Part shown: positions 55,059 to 64,000 of the stretch, piece by piece
How the letters are laid out: the number at the start of each line of letters is the position of its first letter
Numbering within the stretch: position 1 is the stretch's first letter
Assembly: GCA_963727505.1 (NCBI GenBank)
Contig: CAVSGP010000009.1
Coordinates: 640,001 to 704,000 of the forward strand
DNA: 64,000 nt
Direction: 5' to 3'
Origin: an uncultured Trueperaceae bacterium
Lineage (GTDB): Bacteria; Deinococcota; Deinococci; Deinococcales; Trueperaceae
Translations under genes and position numbers: made by a program
Notes under the pieces: model-generated
Seen by the model: only the letters and a program-made list of their open reading frames with translations
Database searches by the model: none
What the model was told of the DNA's origin: nothing

Positions 55059-56879
55059 TCAGGCCGGCGTCACCTCGACCATCTCGTAGGCCACGATGAC
55101 GTCCCCCTCCTGGACGTTGTCGTAGTTCTGCAGGTTGATGCCGCACTCGAAGCCGGAGGCCACCTCGCGCACGTCGTCCTTGAAGCGCCGCAGCTGCGCG
55201 ACGGAGCCCTTGTAGACCTCCTTGCCACCACGCGTCAGGCGGGCCTTGGAGCCACGCCGGATCAGGCCGTCGGTGACGTAGGAGCCTGCGATGTTGCCGC
55301 TTCGGGGCACCCGGATGACGGCGCGCACCTCGGCGTGACCGATGACCCGCTCCTCGAATTCCGGCTCGATCTGGCCGCGGATCATGCGCTGCACGTCCTC
55401 GATGAGCTCGTAGATGATCTTGTAGCTCTTGATCGCGACCTTCTGCCGCTCGGCCGACTTCTTCACGCTACCGGGCGGATTCACGCCGAAGGTGATGACC
55501 GTGGCGTCGGCCGTGCTGGCCAGCAGCAGGTCGGACTCGGTGGGCGCGCCCACTTCGGCCAGCATGATCTCGAGCTCGACCTCGTCGGTGGCTTCCGCCT
55601 CCCGCGCGAGAACGCCCTTGATCGCCTCCAACGAACCCTGTGCATCCGCCCGCAGGACCAGGTTGATGACCTTCTTGGTGGGTTTGCCGAACAGGTCGGC
55701 GAGGGTCAGACCCTTGCGGCCGATGGACTCCAGCTCGGTTTCCTTGCGCTGGTCGCGCCGCTGGCCCGCGAGCTGCTTTGCCGTCTGTTCGTCCGCCGCC
55801 GCCTCCACCAGGTCCCCGGCGTTCGGCTGCTCGGAGAAGCCGAGGATCTGAACAGGGGCCGACGGCCCGGCCGCATCGACGATCGTGCCGGTGTGATCGG
55901 TGAGACGGCGGACCTTGGCCCACGCCTCGCCCGACACGATGTAGTCGGCGACGCGTAGGGTGCCTTCCTGCACCAGCACGGTCGCCAGCACACCTGCGCG
56001 CTTGTCGAGCACCGACTCGATCACGATCCCCTTGGCGGGCCCGTCCGAGGTCGCACGCAGCTCCTCGACTTCGGCAACCAGCGAGATCATCTCCAGCAGA
56101 TCGTCGACGCCGTCGCCCGTCTTGGCGCTGATCTCGACCACGATGGTGTCCCCTCCGAAGTCTTCGGGGACGAGCTCGACCTGCATCAGGTCCCGCTTGA
56201 CCTTCTCCGGGTCGGACTGGGGCAGGTCGCACTTGTTGATCGCCACGATGATCGGCACCTTGGCGGCCTTGGCGTGGGCGATGGCCTCGCGCGACTGCGG
56301 CATGATGCTGTCGTCGGCAGCAACCACGATCACGGCGATGTCGGTGGCGTTGGTACCGCGCTGTCGAATGGACGTGAAGGCTTCGTGCCCCGGTGTGTCC
56401 AGGAAGGTCACCAGCCCGCCCTTGGTCTCGGCCTGATAGGCGCCGATGTGCTGGGTGATGCCCCCGGCTTCACCTTCGGCCACTTTGGTGTGCCGGATGT
56501 AGTCGAGCAGAGTGGTCTTGCCGTGGTCGACATGACCCATCACCGTCACGACCGGCGCCCGCAGAGGAGCGTCGGCGGTCGCAGCCTTGGCCTCGTCGGC
56601 CTTCGGCTTGGGTTTGGGCTTCGTCGCCGTGGCCGTGGCGCCGCCGGACGCGGGCTCTGCGGCCTTCGCCGGAGCCGCGGGCCGGTCGGCGGTCACGGGG
56701 GCGGGCTCGTCACCGTGGTCGCTCTCGACCAGTTGCCGCACCGTGTCCGCTACGTCGTGCTCGAGAGTGCTCGAGTGCGACTTGTATTCCACGCCCATCT
56801 CGTCGAGGATCGCCAGCATCTCCTTGGTCTCGATGCCGAGGTCCTTCGCCAGCTGATAGATCCGTACCTTATCGGACAT
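55059..56879 (-). CDS. infB: Translation initiation factor IF-2 (short form)
   Basis: [42 protein letters not shown]. Confidence 0.97.
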   Translation of the reverse strand: MSDKVRIYQLAKDLGIETKEMLAILDEMGVEYKSHSSTLEHDVADTVRQLVESDHGDEPAPVTADRPAAPAKAAEPASGGATATATKPKPKPKADEAKAATADAPLRAPVVTVMGHVDHGKTTLLDYIRHTKVAEGEAGGITQHIGAYQAETKGGLVTFLDTPGHEAFTSIRQRGTNATDIAVIVVAADDSIMPQSREAIAHAKAAKVPIIVAINKCDLPQSDPEKVKRDLMQVELVPEDFGGDTIVVEISAKTGDGVDDLLEMISLVAEVEELRATSDGPAKGIVIESVLDKRAGVLATVLVQEGTLRVADYIVSGEAWAKVRRLTDHTGTIVDAAGPSAPVQILGFSEQPNAGDLVEAAADEQTAKQLAGQRRDQRKETELESIGRKGLTLADLFGKPTKKVINLVLRADAQGSLEAIKGVLAREAEATDEVELEIMLAEVGAPTESDLLLASTADATVITFGVNPPGSVKKSAERQKVAIKSYKIIYELIEDVQRMIRGQIEPEFEERVIGHAEVRAVIRVPRSGNIAGSYVTDGLIRRGSKARLTRGGKEVYKGSVAQLRRFKDDVREVASGFECGINLQNYDNVQEGDVIVAYEMVEVTPA

Positions 56880-57195
56880 TCATGCCTCCGTCCCGATGCC
56901 TAGCTCGAGGAGTGCCGCCGGCCGTCTCGGAGGCCAGAGCCTCGGAGACGGCTGCGAGCAGTGTGCGGACGTGCCCCGCCTGGCCTCGAAAGGCCTGCTT
57001 GAGGCGCTTCTCCGCAGGATCGCCGGCGCAGCGCCGGCACACCCAGGTGCCGCGCCCCCCGGCGCGGCCTTCCGGGTCGAGCGCGAACCGGCCGTCGACG
57101 TCCCGCACGAGGCGCACCAGCTCCGCCTTGGGCAGCGATGCGCGACACATCACGCAGCGCCTCAGGGGCACGTGTTTTCCGGTCGAGCCCGCCAT
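56869..57195 (-). CDS. ylxR: YlxR/DUF448 family RNA-binding protein
   Basis: HVPLRRCVMCR...GRGTWVC..C; between nusA and infB. Confidence 0.88.
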   Translation of the reverse strand: MAGSTGKHVPLRRCVMCRASLPKAELVRLVRDVDGRFALDPEGRAGGRGTWVCRRCAGDPAEKRLKQAFRGQAGHVRTLLAAVSEALASETAGGTPRARHRDGGMNVR

Positions 57196-57197
57196 GC

Positions 57198-58529
57198 CTA
57201 GGAGATCCGCTCCTCTTCCGTCGCTTCGTCGGCCTCGGGTTCGGAAGCCGTAGGCTCCGCGCCCCCGGCTTCGCCAGCGGCCGCGTCCGAGGTCTCGGCG
57301 TCGCCTTCCGTATCGGCGGAGGCGGCTTCGTCCTCGCCCGAAGCCGCGGCTTCGTCGCCGGACTCCGGGGCGGCCTCACTCGGCTCCGGATCGGGCGAGG
57401 CGCTGAACAACGCATCGAACGCCGCATGGCCGCGGTCGACGCCGCCAACATCGTCCATGCGGGAGGCGGCAGCTTGCATGGCGGCATCCAGATCGCTGAT
57501 CGACTCCGACGACACCAGATCGATCTTGAAGCCCGTGAGCTTGGCGGCCAGCCGCACGTTCTGGCCCCCCTTGCCGATCGCCAGCGAGAGTTGATCGCTG
57601 CCGACCGTAACGCGCGTCTGCTTCTCGTCGAGGTCGAGCTCGATCGTGCCGACCTTGGCGGGGGAGAGCGCGTTGCGGATGAACTCGCGCGCGTTGGGGT
57701 CCCACATGATGATATCGACGCGCTCGCGCTGCAGCTCCGCCGTGACGGCCTGGATGCGGCTCCCGCGGTGCCCGATACAGGCGCCGATGGGGTCGACGTT
57801 CGGATTGGTGCTGGTGACCGCCACCTTCGAGCGCTGTCCGGCCTCGCGCGCCACCGCCTTGATCTCGACCGTACCGTCGGCCACCTCGGGGATCTCCTGG
57901 CGCATCAGGTACTCGAGGAGCTGAGGTGCGGCACGGGACACCAGGATGCTGGGCCCGCGCGTGGAGAGCTCGACCTTCTCGACGTAGACCTTGACGCGCA
58001 TCCCGACCATGTAGCGCTCGCCGTGGATCTGTTCGCGTGGCGGCATGATGGCTTCCCCACGGCCGAGATCGACGAAGACGTTGCGCTTGTTGTCGGTGCG
58101 CGAGACCACGCCGGTGATGATGTCGCCGGCACGGTCCTTGTACTCCTCGAAGACGATGGCCCGCTCCGCTTCACGGATCTTCTGGGTGATGACCTGCTTG
58201 GTCGTCTGCACCGCGATGCGGGTGAACTTCTCGGGATCGGTGGGGAACTCCATCTCCATCCCGACCTCGACGCTGTCGTCGAGGTCCAACCCCTCGGTCA
58301 GCGCGATCTCCTTGTCCTCGTCCTCCACCTCTTCGACCACACGGCGGATGATCAGAACCTCCATCTCGCCGGAGTCGGGGTCCAAGCTGACCTCGATCTG
58401 CTTGCCCGGCATCACGTTGCGCTCGAAAGCCTGCTCGAGGGCCTCCTCGAGGCTCCCGAGCAACTGCTCCTTGTCCAGGTTCCGCTCCGCTGCAAGCATG
58501 TTCAGAGCGTCCACGAATTCCTTGTTCAT
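57198..58529 (-). CDS. nusA: Transcription termination/antitermination factor NusA (acidic C-terminal tail)
   Basis: AREAGQRSKVAV, DPIGACIG, LSLAIGKGGQNVRLAAKLTG. Confidence 0.96.
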   Translation of the reverse strand: MNKEFVDALNMLAAERNLDKEQLLGSLEEALEQAFERNVMPGKQIEVSLDPDSGEMEVLIIRRVVEEVEDEDKEIALTEGLDLDDSVEVGMEMEFPTDPEKFTRIAVQTTKQVITQKIREAERAIVFEEYKDRAGDIITGVVSRTDNKRNVFVDLGRGEAIMPPREQIHGERYMVGMRVKVYVEKVELSTRGPSILVSRAAPQLLEYLMRQEIPEVADGTVEIKAVAREAGQRSKVAVTSTNPNVDPIGACIGHRGSRIQAVTAELQRERVDIIMWDPNAREFIRNALSPAKVGTIELDLDEKQTRVTVGSDQLSLAIGKGGQNVRLAAKLTGFKIDLVSSESISDLDAAMQAAASRMDDVGGVDRGHAAFDALFSASPDPEPSEAAPESGDEAAASGEDEAASADTEGDAETSDAAAGEAGGAEPTASEPEADEATEEERIS

Positions 58530-58602
58530 CCCTAACCACCTCTATTCGGTTGTGGGTCGCCACCCGTGAGCGCCGTGCGCGACGGCTCGGCGACGACCTG
58601 CC

Positions 58603-59046
58603 CTAGCGCGGCTCGTCCGGCCATTCGGCCAGACGAGCGATGTGGATGCCATCGAGGCGCACCTCCCGACGCTCGCCGTCGATCTCGAAGACGACGGACG
58701 CATCGGAGACCTCCCGAATCCGGCCGGTGAAGGTCTCGCCCTCGACCCGCACTTTCGCCAGCAGGTCGTGGAAGCGCTCGAAGTGGCGCGCCCTCCGGAG
58801 CGGACGCTTGGGTCCCGGCGACTCGACGTCGAACCGGTAGGGACCGTCGAACGGATCGAGGCGGTCGAGCTCCAGCCCGAACACCTCCGCCGCCTTGGCG
58901 ACGTCGTCGACGGTGACCCCCTGCTCGTCGAGGCGATCGATGCGCAGCAGCACCCGCCGTTCGCGGCCGGTTCCGCTGACCTTGCACTCCAGGACCTCGA
59001 ACCCGAGTGGCGCCAGCACCTCTTCTGCCGCTTGCGCCAGTTCCAT
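58603..59046 (-). CDS. rimP: Ribosome maturation factor RimP
   Basis: LRIDR, LDRLDP, VESPGPKRPLRRARHFERF; GGAGG SD. Confidence 0.92.
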   Translation of the reverse strand: MELAQAAEEVLAPLGFEVLECKVSGTGRERRVLLRIDRLDEQGVTVDDVAKAAEVFGLELDRLDPFDGPYRFDVESPGPKRPLRRARHFERFHDLLAKVRVEGETFTGRIREVSDASVVFEIDGERREVRLDGIHIARLAEWPDEPR

Positions 59047-59067
59047 GCATCCTCCTGCCACCGTCCC

Positions 59068-59159
59068 AACAAAACCGGGTGGGCCCAGCGAACCCACCCG
59101 AGCAAACGCCGGGACGTTGTCCGGGCCGGAGTATACCCCGCCCGGCACCCCCACTTCAA
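59068..59159 (-). promoter_or_regulatory. rimP operon promoter and leader terminator-like hairpin
   Basis: TTGAAG, 18 nt, TATACT; leader hairpin CGGGTGGGTTC-GCTG-GGCCCACCCG followed by GTTTTGTT. Confidence 0.65.
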
Positions 59160-59214
59160 CCGGCGCCGAACGGGCGGAAGCGGCTGCCGGACGTTGGTCT
59201 GTGAAGCGCTCGAC

Positions 59215-59243
59215 TTTACAGTCGGGCAAGCCTCCTGTACACT
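59215..59243 (+). promoter_or_regulatory. Sigma70-type promoter of the aminotransferase
   Basis: TTTACA, 17 nt, TACACT. Confidence 0.6.
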
Positions 59244-59410
59244 CGCCCACGATGCGGACGGTACCCGCGCGAGCTTCCTGACGGCGACGATCGCCGGCCC
59301 TTCGCGGCCGGGGGGCGTCGCATGTACGAGACCCGCCAAGGCATGGTGAGGTCTCGTTCCTTGTGTTAGGGCAGGGAAGAGGAGCCGCCGCACCGCGTTG
59401 GAGGAGTGCC

Positions 59411-60571
59411 ATGATGCCGAACGACGACGTACTGCTGCTCACCCCCGGGCCCACCCCGATCCATCCGCGGGCCCAGGCCGCGTTGAGCTGGCCGATGCGG
59501 GGCCACATGGATCCCGAGGTCTTCGCCTACAACGATCGCATCGTGGCCGACCTTCGGCGTCTGTACGGCACCGCGCCCGGCGCGTTCACCAGCCTGCTGT
59601 CGGGGACCGGGTCGCTGGGCATGGAGGCGGGGCTCGCCAACCTGCTCGAGCCCGGCGAGCGCGTGCTCGTCCTGTCCAACGGCGCCTTCGGCGAACGCAT
59701 GATCGACATGGCGGCGCGTCTGTCGCTCGATGTACACGCCCTGCGCACGGAGCCCGGCACCCCCGTCGACGTGGAAGAGGCGGCGCGGGCGGCCCATGCG
59801 CTGCACCCGGCGCTCATCGCCGTCGTCCACGGCGAGACCAGTACCGGCGTACTCAACCCCGTGCCCGAGCTCGGCGCCGTGGCGCGCGACGCCGGCGCGC
59901 TGTTCAGCGTCGACGCCGTGACGACCGTTGGCATGATGCCGTTCGCCATGCAGGCGTGGGGGATCGACTACGCCTACACCGGTTCCCAGAAGTGCCTGTC
60001 GGCTCCTCCCGGAGTGGCGCCGGTTGCCTTCTCCGAGCGCGCCATGGAGCGCGTGGAGCGCCGCAGCGTCCCGGTTGCGACCTGGTATGCCGACGCCGTC
60101 GGCATGCGTCGCTACTGGGAGCCCGGCGAGTCCGGGCGTCAGTACCACCACACGGTCCCCGTCCAGCTCCACTGGGCTCTGGGGGAGGCCCTGTCGGCGG
60201 CTCTGGAAGAGGGCCTCGAGGTCCGCGCGGAGCGGGCCCGCCGGGTGGGCGAGGCTGCGCTGTCCGCGCTCGCGAGCGTCGGTTTCGAAGCATACGTTCC
60301 GGTCCGCCACCGTCTTCCCACGGTGCTGGCGGTCGTGCCGCCGGCAGGCATCGATGAGGCCGCGGTGCGCGCCACGCTGCGCCGGGACCACGGCGTCACG
60401 GTTGCCGGTGGTCTGGGGCCGACGGCAGGTCGGGTGTGGCGGCTGGGCCTCATGGGGGAGAACGCGCGCGACGAACACTACGAGCGCTTCTTCGGCGCCC
60501 TGGAAGCGGTGCTGGACGAACGCGGTCTGGCGGAGCGCTTCCGCGGAGCCCGGCAGCTCGCCGCCGCCTGA
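59411..60571 (+). CDS. Class V PLP aminotransferase (alanine-glyoxylate/serine-pyruvate type)
   Basis: [47 protein letters not shown]. Confidence 0.88.
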   Translation: MMPNDDVLLLTPGPTPIHPRAQAALSWPMRGHMDPEVFAYNDRIVADLRRLYGTAPGAFTSLLSGTGSLGMEAGLANLLEPGERVLVLSNGAFGERMIDMAARLSLDVHALRTEPGTPVDVEEAARAAHALHPALIAVVHGETSTGVLNPVPELGAVARDAGALFSVDAVTTVGMMPFAMQAWGIDYAYTGSQKCLSAPPGVAPVAFSERAMERVERRSVPVATWYADAVGMRRYWEPGESGRQYHHTVPVQLHWALGEALSAALEEGLEVRAERARRVGEAALSALASVGFEAYVPVRHRLPTVLAVVPPAGIDEAAVRATLRRDHGVTVAGGLGPTAGRVWRLGLMGENARDEHYERFFGALEAVLDERGLAERFRGARQLAAA

Positions 60572-60612
60572 GGCGAGCGGGTGGCCGCCCGCCGGCGGGC
60601 TAGCCTGAAGGC

Positions 60613-61167
60613 ATGGACGAGCGACTGCGCAGACACACCCCGAGCGCCGCGCTGCGTCGGCGCGCCGAGGCCGAAGGCATCGACCTGGAGATCCTGAAAC
60701 GCGACGCGCCCGCTGACTACATGGCGCTTGCGGCCGGCGAGGTGCTGCGTGTCGACCCGGAGCTCGCGGAGCTGGCGGGCGGCATGTTGCTGATGGCCTT
60801 CCCGGAGCGCGAGGCGTTCCGCGCCCCCGACGGTCGCCGCGAGAGGCTGCTGGTCTTCCCGGCGCTTTCGGCCGAGGAGCTCGAACGACTCGATGGGCTT
60901 CTGGCTCCGCTGGTCGACCGACCTGCGTGGCGTCGGCGCCACGCGTTCTTCAGGCAGGTCGACGACGCTCGTGGGACCCGCCGGGAGCTCGACCTGCCCC
61001 AGCAGCCCGACGCCTACGAGAAGGGCGACGCCGTGGTCGGCCCTTTCGCCGACGAGGACGCAGCCGACGCCTGGGGCCGGGCGCAGGTGCGGCCCCCTCT
61101 CGTGCACGATCCCTTCTCCATGAACGGGCACTGGTTCTGCGACGTGTTCCGTGCCGACGAGGCGTGA
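60613..61167 (+). CDS. Hypothetical protein
   Basis: GC3-rich codon usage; TAGCCT 6 nt before ATG; no recognisable family. Confidence 0.7.
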   Translation: MDERLRRHTPSAALRRRAEAEGIDLEILKRDAPADYMALAAGEVLRVDPELAELAGGMLLMAFPEREAFRAPDGRRERLLVFPALSAEELERLDGLLAPLVDRPAWRRRHAFFRQVDDARGTRRELDLPQQPDAYEKGDAVVGPFADEDAADAWGRAQVRPPLVHDPFSMNGHWFCDVFRADEA

Positions 61168-61180
61168 AGCGGCGTTCGCG

Positions 61181-64000
<2,820 letters not shown>

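Overview
High-GC bacterial chromosome segment. Gene content and order (pilMNOWQ, comZ-type pilin cluster, TilS-TadA, short IF2, CTG-started rpsL, many leaderless genes) point to Deinococcota. In order it contains: the 3' part of purK, a GH13 amylosucrase-like gene, a secreted 5'-nucleotidase, the complete str-S10-spc-alpha ribosomal superoperon (rpsL to rplQ), deoB, tilS-tadA, lepA plus a two-component system, two convergent minor-pilin clusters, scpB, aroCKBQ, pilMNOWQ, ftsH, dnaB, a PlsY/acyl-ACP-reductase-like fusion, prmA, secDF, rimP-nusA-ylxR-infB, a class V aminotransferase, and pheS with the start of pheT. I found no rRNA, tRNA, CRISPR array or mobile element. The most interesting signals are: (1) a signal-peptide-bearing uORF ending RLQLEGG directly upstream of secDF, a candidate secretion-monitoring arrest peptide; (2) a tuf gene with sharply bounded G/T-rich, C-depleted synonymous sites; (3) a leaderless 11-codon Phe-containing leader peptide plus terminator ahead of pheST; (4) the PlsY-reductase fusion; (5) a structured leader ahead of the aminotransferase. 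About ten single-base frameshifts look like sequencing or assembly indels.
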